From the sequence record SRR9188676_2819: a stretch of DNA of 47,272 nucleotides, one strand, 5' to 3'. Numbering within the stretch: position 1 is the stretch's first letter; each line of letters begins with the position of its first letter. Position numbers and translations under genes: made by a program. Positions 1 through 9,989 of the stretch are shown piece by piece. The notes below the pieces were generated by a model, which did no database searches, had not been told where the DNA came from, and was given only the letters and a program-made list of their open reading frames with translations.

Positions 1-642
1 AGGACATTGCTCAATACGAAAGAGACTTCTTTTATTGCTCCAAAAATTGATGAAAAAGCATTAGATAGTCTTGGCATTAATCATTTAAAACTAGAACAAT
101 TAACAGCAACGGCTTTTGAAAATCGCTATGATTTAAAAATGCAAGATGCTTCTGTACGCTACGAAAAAGAAAATTTGCTTTTACAAAAAGCGATGGCTAC
201 GCCTGACCTTAGACTTGGCTATTCTTATGACCGCAACGGAAGTTTCATTCCAAACTATCACGCTATTACTTTACAGATAGACCTTCCTGTTTTCAATAAA
301 AATCAAGGAAATATCAAAACATCATCTTTCAGGATTGAGGCTGCTCAAAAAACGTTGGAACAAGCGCAAACAAGTTTACAAAATGATGTACTAAGGGCTT
401 TTATGAAAGTACAAGAGAATAATCGCTTGGCACAAAGTATTGATAGTAAATTCATTGGAAGTTTCGATACATTGATTGAAGGAGCTGTAGCTAGTTATCA
501 GAAAAGAAATATTTCTTTAATTGAATTTGTAGATTTTGTTGAATCATACAAAACTTCGGTTGTAGAGCTCAATGCTTTAAAAAGTGATAGAATGCGCTCA
601 ATCGAAGAACTCAACTTCGTTGTTGGGAAAAAAGTACTTTAA
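1..642 (+). CDS. TolC/CzcC-family outer-membrane efflux protein (5'-truncated by window edge)
   Basis: Frame open from base 1; OEP repeat motifs (PDLRLGYSY, IDLPVFNKNQGNI); directly upstream of membrane-fusion and RND genes. Confidence 0.85.
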   Translation, partial: RTLLNTKETSFIAPKIDEKALDSLGINHLKLEQLTATAFENRYDLKMQDASVRYEKENLLLQKAMATPDLRLGYSYDRNGSFIPNYHAITLQIDLPVFNKNQGNIKTSSFRIEAAQKTLEQAQTSLQNDVLRAFMKVQENNRLAQSIDSKFIGSFDTLIEGAVASYQKRNISLIEFVDFVESYKTSVVELNALKSDRMRSIEELNFVVGKKVL

Positions 643-689
643 GAACCACTATTTTTTTGCTAAAATTAAAACACTATTTCACGTACATC

Positions 690-1781
690 ATGAAAAAGAA
701 TAAAATCATTATAGGCTTTCTCTTGGCTACTTGCCTAGCTTGTCAATCAAAAAAAGAAGAGACAAAGACAGATAATTCAGAGGAATTCGTTCTTTCGGAT
801 AAACTTCGTAAGGAATTGGTTCTAGCACCAGCCATTGTTGAAAATATTTCAAGTGAATTACAATTGACTGGAAAGCTTGCGCCATTTGAGGAAAAACAAG
901 TAAAAGTTTCACCTTTGGTAGATGGTGTAATTGAAAAAATTTCTGTTACACTCGGCGATTATGTTAGAAAAGGACAATCAATGGCAATTATTCATAGCTC
1001 TGAAGTTGCTGATGTTGAAAACCAAATTGTAGGCGCAAAGTCTGATTTTCTGACAGCACAGAAAAACTTACAAGTACAACAAGACTTGTATAAATCAGGT
1101 TTAGCTTCTGAAAAAGACATTACAATTGCTCAAAATGAACTTTTGAAAGCAGAAGGAACCTTGAGAAGAGCCAACGAAATCTCAGGCATCTATGGTGTAA
1201 AAAATTCATTTTATACTGTAAAAGCTCCAATAGATGGTTATATCGTAGATGTGAACAGAAATATTTCAGAAAAAATGGCATATCGTGAAGGCGACATTGG
1301 TCCATTCTTTTCGGTAGCTGATCTTTCTACCGTACAAATCATTGCCAATGTCTATGAATCTGACATAGCTAAAATCAAAGTGGGTTATCAAACAGCCATT
1401 AGATTAGTAGCTTATCCAGACAGAGTTTTTCAAGGAAAAATTGATAAAATCAACAATGTTCTTGACCCACAAACAAGAACGATGCAAGTACGAATCAACT
1501 TACCCAATCCTGAAAAAATCCTAAAACCAGAAATGTTCGCAAAAGTAACTGTGAGCTATTCTGACAATCAAAAAATTGTATCAATTCCTTCCGAATCTAT
1601 CATTTTCGATAAAGATAGAAATTTTGTAATCGTCTATAAAAATGCTAAAGAGGTAGAAGCCAGAAGAGTACAAGTAGCAAAAGTATTAGATAACAAAGCT
1701 TTTGTATTCAACGGCTTAGCTGAAGGAGAAAAAGTAGTAGTAAAAAATCAATTAATGATCTATAATGCCTTAAATAATTAA
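690..1781 (+). CDS. RND efflux periplasmic adaptor (CzcB/CusB-like lipoprotein)
   Basis: Likely start ATG 690 (MKKNK...CLAC lipobox); lipoyl-hairpin-barrel motifs (VTLGDYVRKGQ, VKAPIDG, LKPEMF). Confidence 0.9.
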   Translation: MKKNKIIIGFLLATCLACQSKKEETKTDNSEEFVLSDKLRKELVLAPAIVENISSELQLTGKLAPFEEKQVKVSPLVDGVIEKISVTLGDYVRKGQSMAIIHSSEVADVENQIVGAKSDFLTAQKNLQVQQDLYKSGLASEKDITIAQNELLKAEGTLRRANEISGIYGVKNSFYTVKAPIDGYIVDVNRNISEKMAYREGDIGPFFSVADLSTVQIIANVYESDIAKIKVGYQTAIRLVAYPDRVFQGKIDKINNVLDPQTRTMQVRINLPNPEKILKPEMFAKVTVSYSDNQKIVSIPSESIIFDKDRNFVIVYKNAKEVEARRVQVAKVLDNKAFVFNGLAEGEKVVVKNQLMIYNALNN

Positions 1782-1793
1782 GGAATCGATACA

Positions 1794-4700
1794 ATGAAGA
1801 CACTATTGGCTTTATCGCTTAAATTCAAATTTGCCGTATTTTTTTTCACGGCTGTTATCGTTGTTGGAGGTATTTTTAGTTTTATCAATACTCCCATAGA
1901 TGCTTTTCCTGATGTTACCAACACCCAAGTAACTATCATTACTCAGTGGCAAGGGCGAAGTGCAGAGGAAATAGAAAAATTTGTAACTGCTCCACTCGAA
2001 ATTTCAATGAATGGAGTACAGAAAAAAACGACTGTTCGCTCAACAACACTTTTCGGGTTATCGGTTGTCGTTGTAATGTTTGATGATGGCGTTGATAATA
2101 ATTTCGCTAGAATTCAAATCAATAATGCCTTACAAGGATTAAGCCTTCCTGATGGCGTCGAACCTGAAATTCAACCTCCTTATGGACCAACGGGTGAAAT
2201 TTTCAGATATACATTAGATTCCAAATCCTTGAGTGCCAGAAAACTGAAAGAAATTCAGGACTGGGTAGTTGACAGAAATTTAAGGTCAGTTCCGGGCGTT
2301 GCTGATATTGTAAGTTTTGGTGGAGAAGTAAAAACTTATGAAATCAGTGTAAATCCGAATCTATTACAAGCGTATAATATCACTCCGTTAGATGTTTTTC
2401 AGGCGGTTCAAAAAAGTAATATTAACGTTGGTGGCGATGTTATCACTAAAAACAATCAAGCTTATGTTGTACGAGGAATTGGTTTACTAGCCAAAATCTC
2501 TGACATCGAAAATATCTTGGTTGAAAATATTAACGGTGTTCCAGTTTATGTGAAAACTGTTGCGACTGTTAACGAATCAGCTTTACCCAAATTAGGACAA
2601 GTAGGACGTGGACAAAATAATGATGCCGTTGAAGGAATTGTTGTCATGCGAAAAGGCGAAGACCCTTCGGCAGTTATCAAAAGTTTGAATGAAAAAGTTG
2701 AAGAATTGAATACTAAAATTCTTCCAGTTGACATCAACATTAAGGCTTTTTACAATCGTCAAACCTTACTTGATTTCTGTATTGAAACAGTTTCTCATAA
2801 TTTAATGGAAGGAATTGTTCTAGTTACTTTAATGGTACTTATCTTCTTGGCTGACTGGCGAGCATCCTTGATTGTGGCGATGATTATTCCATTAGCATTA
2901 CTTTTTGCCTTTACTTGTTTGAAATTAATGGGAATGTCGGTGAATTTACTTTCGCTGGGAGCCGTCGATTTCGGGATTATCATTGATGGAACAGTCGTCG
3001 TTGTAGAAGGATTAATTGTAGTACTTTCTCATAAAGCTCATGAAGTTGGCATGGAACGTTTTAATAAATTAGCTAAATTATCGCTGATTAAACGTACTGG
3101 TACTTCAATGGGTAAAGCTATTTTTACTTCTAAAGTAATTATTTTGGTTGCCCTTTTGCCGATTTTTGCTTTTCAAAAAGTAGAAGGAAAAATGTTTACA
3201 CCTTTGGCTTGGACATTGGGTGCTGCCTTGTTGGGTGCTTTGATTTTTACGCTGACACTTGTTCCTGTAATGGTGAGTATTTTGATGAATAAGAACGTTA
3301 AAGAAAAATCTAATTTCTTTGTGGATGCTATTCTGAAATACTCAATGAAACTGTTTAATTACTGTTTTTCTCATCAAAAGAAAACCTTTATTATTACAGC
3401 ACTCACAACCATAGTTGGTTTATGGACACTCACAATTCATGGAACGGAGTTCCTTCCACAATTGAACGAAGGCTCTATTTATGTAAGAGCCACCATGCCA
3501 AGAAGTATCAGTTTGAATGAATCTGTTCGTTATGCAAACGATATGCGTAAAGTATTTGAAGGTTTTCCAGAGGTACGACAAGTAATGTCACAAGCTGGGC
3601 GACCAAATGATGGTACTGACCCAACAGGTTTTTATAATGTTGAATTTCACGTTGATATTTATCCGCAAAAAGAATGGAAAAGTGGTTTGACAAAAGCCCA
3701 ATTAATTGAGCAAATGCAAAAGAAATTAGACGTATTCCAAGGAGTAAGTCTTGGTTTTTCTCAGCCAATTATGGACAATGTTGAAGAAGCAGTTTCTGGT
3801 GTAAAAGGCTCTATTGCAGTAAAAATCTATGGTCAAGATTTTGAGTACTTAGAAAAAGAAGCAGAAAAAGTAAACGATGTTTTGAAAAAAATTGAAGGTA
3901 TTGAAGATTTAGGAATCATCAAAAACTTAGGACAGCCTGAATTGCGCATCGAACTTGACCAACAAAAAATGGACTTATACGGTGTTCAAGCCGCAGATGC
4001 AGAGGCGGTTGTGTCAATGGCAATTGGTGGACAAACGGCAAGTCAATTATTTGAAGGCGAACGTAAATTTGATATTAGAATTCGTTTTCAACCAGAATAT
4101 CGTAAATCAGAAGCTGAAATTGGCGACTTGATGGTACCAACAATGAACGGAACAAAAATTCCAATCAAAGAAATTGCTACCATTCGTACTTTGACTGGAC
4201 CAAGTTTGATTTTCAGAGAAGATACAAAACGTTTTATCGCCGTGAAATTTTCAGTCCGTGGTCGTGATATGGGAAGTACCATCGAAGAAGCACAAAAAGA
4301 AGTGAACAAGGTAGTACATTCCTTACCTAAAGGTTATGAAATGAAATGGAAAGGTGATTTTGAAAACCAACAAAGAGCCTCAAAACGTTTGGCTCAAGTA
4401 GTTCCAATTTCAATGCTTACCATTTTCTTTATCCTTTATTTAATGTTTGGTAGTTTGAAAGATGCCGGTTTGGTGTTTACAAATGTACCTTTTGCCATCA
4501 TTGGTGGTTCTTTGGCACTTTTAATTACTGGTACAAATTTTAGTATTTCGGCAGGAATTGGCTTTATTGCACTCTTCGGTATTTGTATTCAAAATGGTGT
4601 TATCATGATTGAAGTATTTAAAGATAATCTTCATCGAAAATTATCACTTCATGAATCCATAATGCAAGGAGTCCAGTCGAGAGTAAGACCAGTAATGATG

Positions 4701-4871
4701 ACTGCTTTGATGGGAATTTTTGGGATGTTGCCAGCCGCTACTTCTTCAGGAATTGGTTCTGAATCACAAAAACCTTTAGCGATTGTGGTAATCGGCGGAA
4801 TGATTGGAGCAACGATTCTAACATTATTTATCTTTCCATTATTTTACGAAAGAGTATATCGTAATAAATAG
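1794..4871 (+). CDS. CusA/CzcA-family heavy-metal efflux RND permease
   Basis: 1025 aa; IDAFPDVTN, AVDFGIIIDG and RVRPVMMTA motifs; hydrophobic TM blocks. Confidence 0.95.
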   Translation: MKTLLALSLKFKFAVFFFTAVIVVGGIFSFINTPIDAFPDVTNTQVTIITQWQGRSAEEIEKFVTAPLEISMNGVQKKTTVRSTTLFGLSVVVVMFDDGVDNNFARIQINNALQGLSLPDGVEPEIQPPYGPTGEIFRYTLDSKSLSARKLKEIQDWVVDRNLRSVPGVADIVSFGGEVKTYEISVNPNLLQAYNITPLDVFQAVQKSNINVGGDVITKNNQAYVVRGIGLLAKISDIENILVENINGVPVYVKTVATVNESALPKLGQVGRGQNNDAVEGIVVMRKGEDPSAVIKSLNEKVEELNTKILPVDINIKAFYNRQTLLDFCIETVSHNLMEGIVLVTLMVLIFLADWRASLIVAMIIPLALLFAFTCLKLMGMSVNLLSLGAVDFGIIIDGTVVVVEGLIVVLSHKAHEVGMERFNKLAKLSLIKRTGTSMGKAIFTSKVIILVALLPIFAFQKVEGKMFTPLAWTLGAALLGALIFTLTLVPVMVSILMNKNVKEKSNFFVDAILKYSMKLFNYCFSHQKKTFIITALTTIVGLWTLTIHGTEFLPQLNEGSIYVRATMPRSISLNESVRYANDMRKVFEGFPEVRQVMSQAGRPNDGTDPTGFYNVEFHVDIYPQKEWKSGLTKAQLIEQMQKKLDVFQGVSLGFSQPIMDNVEEAVSGVKGSIAVKIYGQDFEYLEKEAEKVNDVLKKIEGIEDLGIIKNLGQPELRIELDQQKMDLYGVQAADAEAVVSMAIGGQTASQLFEGERKFDIRIRFQPEYRKSEAEIGDLMVPTMNGTKIPIKEIATIRTLTGPSLIFREDTKRFIAVKFSVRGRDMGSTIEEAQKEVNKVVHSLPKGYEMKWKGDFENQQRASKRLAQVVPISMLTIFFILYLMFGSLKDAGLVFTNVPFAIIGGSLALLITGTNFSISAGIGFIALFGICIQNGVIMIEVFKDNLHRKLSLHESIMQGVQSRVRPVMMTALMGIFGMLPAATSSGIGSESQKPLAIVVIGGMIGATILTLFIFPLFYERVYRNK

Positions 4872-4954
4872 AATTGCTTGGTAAAAATTTGGTGGTTAAT
4901 TATTCTGCTACAATATTATTTTTCTATAAAAACTGTTTTTTTGAAATATTTTCT

Positions 4955-4986
4955 TTTGAAAAACGAATAGAATATAACTACTTTTG
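4955..4986 (+). promoter_or_regulatory. Bacteroidota sigma-A promoter (-33 TTTG, 20-bp spacer, -7 TACTTTTG) inside an inverted repeat
   Basis: TTTG 4955-4958 and TACTTTTG 4979-4986 match TTTG-N19-21-TAnnTTTG; flanked by GTGGTTAATTATT (4892-4904) and AATAATTAACCAC (4992-5004). Confidence 0.7.
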
Positions 4987-5023
4987 TATCAAATAATTAA
5001 CCACTAAAAAATAAAACATACCA

Positions 5024-5092
5024 ATGAAAAAAATGTACTATTTCGTGCTTTTTTTAATTCTATTAAAAGCTATCGAAGTATTAGCCCACTAA
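5024..5092 (+). CDS. Candidate 22-aa hydrophobic small protein MKKMYYFVLFLILLKAIEVLAH
   Basis: ATG 5024 to TAA 5090-5092 read by hand; A-rich leader; downstream of a consensus promoter; below the ORF-track size cutoff. Confidence 0.35.
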   Translation: MKKMYYFVLFLILLKAIEVLAH

Positions 5093-5985
5093 ACGCTAGC
5101 AAATCTGTAAAACACTCCTAAAGGAAGTTTTTTGTTGAAATCATCTTGTAGATATAATTCACCAAATTCATGATTTTGAGTTTGGCTAAAAGAACATTTG
5201 ACTAAATTTTCAACAATTAATGAAGAGAAGCCCATCGAGTACATATTCAAGATTAAGAAGTAATTTTCTTTATCAAGAATTTGTGCTACAGTTTTCAATA
5301 ATTCATTGATTTGTTCTTCTAAAATCCACTTTTCGCCATCTGGTCCACGACCATAAGCGGGTGGATCTAAAATAATTCCTTGATAAATATTACCACGCTT
5401 GGCTTCACGCTTTACAAATTTAAGCGCATCTTCAACAACCCAACGTATATTCTCTAAGTTACTAGCTTCCATGTTTTCTCTCGACCATGAAATTACTTGT
5501 TTGATAGAATCAACATGAGTAATATCTGCTCCAGCTTGTTTAGCAGCAATTGAAGCACCACCCGTGTAAGCAAATATATTGAGTACTTTCGGGTTTTTAA
5601 CAGGAAGTTTCTTCACTTTATCCATGATAAATTCCCAGTTTGAAGCTTGTTCTGGAAAAATACCAACATGTTTGAAAGAAGAAAGTGCTAACTTAAAATT
5701 CAAATCTAAAGCATCCGTTTTATAAGGCATAAACCAACGCTCTTCCATTCCTTTTTTCAAAATCCACTCTCCTTTTTCCTGCGAACCTTTATCTTTTTTA
5801 AAAGTAGCGTTTGCGGTTCTCTCCCACTCTACTTCTGGCATCGATTTATCCCAAGCAGCTTGTGGCTCTGGACGGCGCAAAATGTATTTACCAAATTTCT
5901 CTAATTTCTCAAAACCTCCAGAATCTATCAATTGGTATTCTTTCCAGTTTTGTGGGGTTTCAAGTTTAATAATTTCTTGTTGCAT
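5089..5985 (-). CDS. Class I SAM-dependent methyltransferase (RlmI/RlmK-like)
   Basis: VLNIFAYTGGAS SAM-binding motif, ILDPPAYGRG, GIFPEQ. Confidence 0.85.
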   Translation of the reverse strand: MQQEIIKLETPQNWKEYQLIDSGGFEKLEKFGKYILRRPEPQAAWDKSMPEVEWERTANATFKKDKGSQEKGEWILKKGMEERWFMPYKTDALDLNFKLALSSFKHVGIFPEQASNWEFIMDKVKKLPVKNPKVLNIFAYTGGASIAAKQAGADITHVDSIKQVISWSRENMEASNLENIRWVVEDALKFVKREAKRGNIYQGIILDPPAYGRGPDGEKWILEEQINELLKTVAQILDKENYFLILNMYSMGFSSLIVENLVKCSFSQTQNHEFGELYLQDDFNKKLPLGVFYRFASV

Positions 5986-6026
5986 AATGTAATGTCTATG
6001 AAATCTGTAACGATTTTTTCATCCAT

Positions 6027-6054
6027 AAAAAAAGCGGTATCCGTAGATACCGCT
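6027..6054 (-). terminator. Intrinsic terminator
   Basis: AGCGGTATC-cgta-GATACCGCT stem with A7 on its left (U-tract on minus strand). Confidence 0.7.
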
Positions 6055-6082
6055 GCAAGTTACTCAAAAGCCTTTGTTTGAA

Positions 6083-7681
6083 CTAAAATGAAATCTTATT
6101 CATGTAAAATACATTTCTTCTCCCTCCTTCATTATCATTCGTAATTCGCTGATAACCAGAAGCAATGAAATAGTTTTTATACCAATAATCAATTGCATCA
6201 GAAGTTGTTTGTTTTACCTTATCTCCTTCTAACTGAGTGGCTACTTTAGCACTTTGTGTATCTTCAAGTACTTTGTCGCCTTTGATAATTTTAGTAAAAA
6301 TTTGTCCTTTGTTACTGTATGAAAGTGTAATTTCATCTCCTTTTACAGATGCTTTTACTTTTTCACTCAGCTTTTGTTCTTTTACATCCTTCATTTCGAT
6401 GCTGTTATCCCAAAGTAAATTCCCTTTTTCATCAAAAGCGGCAACAATTGCATGAGTATAAATCCAACCGTCAAAAGTCTGTTGGTTTCCATAATATCTG
6501 TTTCCCCAACCCCACGGACTATAATATGAACTAAATGGCGAATACAAACCATAATAACCATAGCCCCAACGATAAGGATTATAAAACGAGCTATATGGGC
6601 TACCAAAACCATTATAAGTACCAAATGGGCTATAATTATTATAACGATAATCGGCATAAAAAGCCTCAGCAACCATGATATACTTATCGTCTTGTTTGAT
6701 GATGTCGTGAACTAACAAACGATAATCTAAGCGTAAATCTTCTCCCTTTTCTTTTTTATCCTGAATTTTCTTTTCTTGCTTTTCCTTTTGGCGTTCGCCC
6801 ATGAAATTGAAGAAATTTTTGAATTCAGTAAAACTATGGAATTTTAAATCGGTAATTTCATTGTCGAGCAACTTAGAAAAGTAAATTCCTTGAGAAGTTG
6901 GTCCACGTGATGAACCAATTGAATTTTTATGTCCATAAGTACCAAACATTACTTCGGTAGAATCTGAAACTAAATTCAATTTCCCATTCATCATGGCAAA
7001 TTCATTTTCAGGATTCATCACTACTTGAGAAATCTGCTTGCCGTCTTCATCAAACGATTTTACAACCAATTGATAGTTTTTACCTCTTGTTCCTACTGCA
7101 TAAGTAACATTTACGATGGCAGTACTGGTATCCAATTCCATTGATTGAATCTCAGCTTGGCTCTTCAAAGCACTTGGCAATACTTTTGTTTTGCGTTCTA
7201 CAAGATTTGTAAATAAAATTACGGGTTGATTATTCACCATTCCTGCAATGAAAATAGAAGCATTGATTGCCTGAAAATCAGAAACTTCCATTCTATCAAC
7301 CGACATAATTTGATATTTCTCAATAAAACCCGGTCCAATATTTACTTTAACAACTTCATAAACATTACTCCTGTAGCGGCTAAAAAGTAGATACAAATTT
7401 TTACCATCATAACAATGTTTTACATAATCCAAACTTCCGTCAATAGTACCATTTATTGACCAAATTTGGTCTAAATTTGTATCAAATCTAGTAAGTGTAA
7501 AATTGGTTTTACTTAACTGAGTAAGTACCAAAACGCCTTGTTCATTGATTGGAATGGTGAAAAGTTCGGAATTGCTTGAAGGCAAAGGGATTTCAACTCT
7601 TTTCACGCTTTGGGCTTGAGAGAATTGAAAACAGCATGTCATCAATACAAAAAAAGTAATACTTTTAACGACGGTTTTCAT
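6083..7681 (-). CDS. Secreted hypothetical protein, probably beta-rich, with a Tyr/Gly/Pro/Ser-rich insert
   Basis: 532-aa ORF; signal peptide (..QFSQAQS); low-complexity segment YNNYSPFGTYNGFGSPYSSFYNPYRWGYGYYG. Confidence 0.75.
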   Translation of the reverse strand: MKTVVKSITFFVLMTCCFQFSQAQSVKRVEIPLPSSNSELFTIPINEQGVLVLTQLSKTNFTLTRFDTNLDQIWSINGTIDGSLDYVKHCYDGKNLYLLFSRYRSNVYEVVKVNIGPGFIEKYQIMSVDRMEVSDFQAINASIFIAGMVNNQPVILFTNLVERKTKVLPSALKSQAEIQSMELDTSTAIVNVTYAVGTRGKNYQLVVKSFDEDGKQISQVVMNPENEFAMMNGKLNLVSDSTEVMFGTYGHKNSIGSSRGPTSQGIYFSKLLDNEITDLKFHSFTEFKNFFNFMGERQKEKQEKKIQDKKEKGEDLRLDYRLLVHDIIKQDDKYIMVAEAFYADYRYNNYSPFGTYNGFGSPYSSFYNPYRWGYGYYGLYSPFSSYYSPWGWGNRYYGNQQTFDGWIYTHAIVAAFDEKGNLLWDNSIEMKDVKEQKLSEKVKASVKGDEITLSYSNKGQIFTKIIKGDKVLEDTQSAKVATQLEGDKVKQTTSDAIDYWYKNYFIASGYQRITNDNEGGRRNVFYMNKISF

Positions 7682-7708
7682 ATTTTAAAATTAAATGTTT
7701 GAGCTTGT

Positions 7709-8116
7709 TTATTCATGAGCAAGACCAATGATGATATCAAATTCTTCAGGTTTGATATGTGCAACCGAAAGGCGAGATTGTTTGATTAAAGATAAATCCT
7801 TCAATCGTTCATCGGCTTTCATTTGCTTTAAAGTAACCGTTTTAGGAAGCTTTTCAACAGGAACAAGATCTACAACTACCCAATTTTTATCCTCAGTAGT
7901 TGGGTCTTGATAAGCCTCTTTTACAATTTTGGCAATTCCTACTACTTCCATTCCTTCATTTGAATGATAGAACAAAACCAAATCATCCACTTTCATGGCC
8001 TTTAAATTATTTCGTGCCTGAAAATTTCGCACACCATCCCACATGCCTGTGCCTTGATTAACGAAATCATCCCAAGAATATTTGAAAGGTTCTGATTTTA
8101 CGAGCCAATAATTCAT
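7709..8116 (-). CDS. EVE domain protein
   Basis: YWLVKSEP, WDGVRNFQARN, FYHS and RLSV signature motifs. Confidence 0.95.
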   Translation of the reverse strand: MNYWLVKSEPFKYSWDDFVNQGTGMWDGVRNFQARNNLKAMKVDDLVLFYHSNEGMEVVGIAKIVKEAYQDPTTEDKNWVVVDLVPVEKLPKTVTLKQMKADERLKDLSLIKQSRLSVAHIKPEEFDIIIGLAHE

Positions 8117-8204
8117 GCTTTTCTAAATTTTATTTTTTGAGTTTTTTTAAATTGATGAGAATGAAATTACTCTTTTTCATTAGTTTTTACTCCATTAATG
8201 GAAT

Positions 8205-8235
8205 AAAAAAATCCGAAAGCGTTTAAACTTTCGGA
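8205..8235 (-). terminator. Intrinsic terminator after menB
   Basis: TCCGAAAG/CTTTCGGA stem with A7 on its left. Confidence 0.7.
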
Positions 8236-8243
8236 AGTTAATA

Positions 8244-9056
8244 TCAAGGAAATTTAGGAAATTTGCTAAAATCTGGTTTGCGTTTTTCTAAGAAAGCATT
8301 CTTACCTTCTTTCGCTTCTTCAGACAAGTAATATAATAAAGTTGCATTACCTGCCAATTCCTGAATACCTGCTTGTCCGTCTAATTCAGCATTGAATGAT
8401 GATTTCAGCATTCTTAAAGCCAATGGGCTTTTCTCTAAAATCTTTTTACACCAAGCTACAGTGGTTTCTTCTAATTTATCCAAAGGCACTACTTTGTTGA
8501 CCAAGCCCATATCAAGTGCTTCTTCTGCATTGTATTGATCGCATAAAAACCAGATTTCACGAGCTTTTTTCTGACCAACTACTCTAGCCAAATATGATGC
8601 ACCAAAACCGCCATCAAAAGAACCAACATTTGGTCCTGTTTGTCCGAAACGTGCATTTTCAGCCGCAATTGATAAATCACAAACAACGTGTAAAACGTGA
8701 CCTCCGCCAATTGCCCAGCCAGCTACCATCGCCACAACAGGTTTAGGAATCGAACGAATTTGTCTTTGTAAATCTAATACGTTTAATCTTGGCACTGTAT
8801 CTTCACCAACATAACCTCCATGTCCACGAACTGATTGGTCACCGCCAGAACAAAATGCTTTTCCGCCTTCACCTGTCAAAATGATTACTCCAATTTCTTC
8901 TGTGTCACGGCAAATATTCATTGCATCAATCATCTCTTTCACCGTCAATGGTGTAAAAGCATTATGCACTTGAGGACGGTTAATTGAGATTTTGGCAATT
9001 CCTTCATGAAAAGTAAATAAAATCTCTTTGTATTCTTTAAGGGTTTCCCACTTCAT
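8244..9056 (-). CDS. menB: 1,4-dihydroxy-2-naphthoyl-CoA synthase
   Basis: [31 protein letters not shown]; probable start ATG 9056 (MKWETL). Confidence 0.97.
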   Translation of the reverse strand: MKWETLKEYKEILFTFHEGIAKISINRPQVHNAFTPLTVKEMIDAMNICRDTEEIGVIILTGEGGKAFCSGGDQSVRGHGGYVGEDTVPRLNVLDLQRQIRSIPKPVVAMVAGWAIGGGHVLHVVCDLSIAAENARFGQTGPNVGSFDGGFGASYLARVVGQKKAREIWFLCDQYNAEEALDMGLVNKVVPLDKLEETTVAWCKKILEKSPLALRMLKSSFNAELDGQAGIQELAGNATLLYYLSEEAKEGKNAFLEKRKPDFSKFPKFP

Positions 9057-9141
9057 ATTATTGTATATTATAATGTTTATGCTTTTTAAAGTAAATGACT
9101 TCAAAATTAATCACTCATTTACAAAGCTCCAATTATTCTTT

Positions 9142-9594
9142 TCAAGCTTCTTCATTATACTGTACATCCCAAGTATGGTCTGCCAATAATAAACACTTCG
9201 CTAAATATCGACTGTATTTAAACGAACGCCCCCATTCATTTGGTGCAATTAATGAAAGTAAATCCGTACCATCTTCTTTCTCGTACATGTAGTAGGTTTC
9301 ATTAATAATTGGTTCAAAACCAATGGCAGCGTCATAAATTCTTTCTGAAATCTCTTTGCGTTGGGCTAATAATTTTGCCTGACGAGCCAAAGTTTCCATT
9401 TGTTCGTACAACTGATTCATTTGTCTATCAGTTTGTTGACGCATTGCTAACACTGAACGACCTTTTGATTTCCCTAAATCTTCGGGTTTAATAACGGCGC
9501 TACCTGCCGTATGAGCGTAAGGAAGTAAACCAGGATTTTCGGCTACTTTATCTTTATTGATAGGATTTAAAAATTTATCTTCAGATGCTGCCAT
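9142..9594 (-). CDS. DUF2452-like conserved protein
   Basis: P.LLPYAH, FEPIIN..YYMY, LSLIAPNEW, DHTW pattern. Confidence 0.7.
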   Translation of the reverse strand: MAASEDKFLNPINKDKVAENPGLLPYAHTAGSAVIKPEDLGKSKGRSVLAMRQQTDRQMNQLYEQMETLARQAKLLAQRKEISERIYDAAIGFEPIINETYYMYEKEDGTDLLSLIAPNEWGRSFKYSRYLAKCLLLADHTWDVQYNEEA

Positions 9595-9917
9595 AACGAG
9601 CTTTTAATTAATTGAATGATGAAATGATTTGAACTTTGATTAGCGTTTGCCTTTAGCTTAAAAACGTAAATATCCTAAATGTAACACTCACAAGTATCTA
9701 CCAAAATTAACAAATAAAGATAATATAATTGCTTTTCAATAAAAATGAAGATAATAAATCTACAAAATAAAAAATTAAAAGATTATTCCTTTAAAAACAT
9801 TATCAAATAGATTCTTAAAAAGACATTTTTCCTACAAATAAAAGCTTATTCAGGCTATTATTTTATACTGAAAACCTTTTAATTATTTTTTTCAATCATT
9901 TAATAATCATAACAAAC

Positions 9918-9943
9918 GCAACCCTGCCAAAGTTTTTGGCGTA
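9918..9943 (+). promoter_or_regulatory. Candidate ECF sigma promoter (GCAACC-N16-CGTA)
   Basis: -35 AAC and -10 CGT with a 16-bp spacer, 46 bp upstream of the Rieske start. Confidence 0.45.
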
Positions 9944-9989
9944 TGGGTAAAAAAGTAAATCTTCTCATTTAATCTAAATTCAAAATCCT

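Noticed and set aside
6391..6672. 93-aa hydrophobic alternative-frame ORF
   Set aside because: Frame-shifted shadow of the Tyr-rich TAT/TAC codons in the 532-aa gene
9057..9660. Opposed repeat arrays flanking the DUF2452-like gene
   Set aside because: Some TGAATGA/TCACTCA-like periodicity, but too degenerate to separate from AT-rich background
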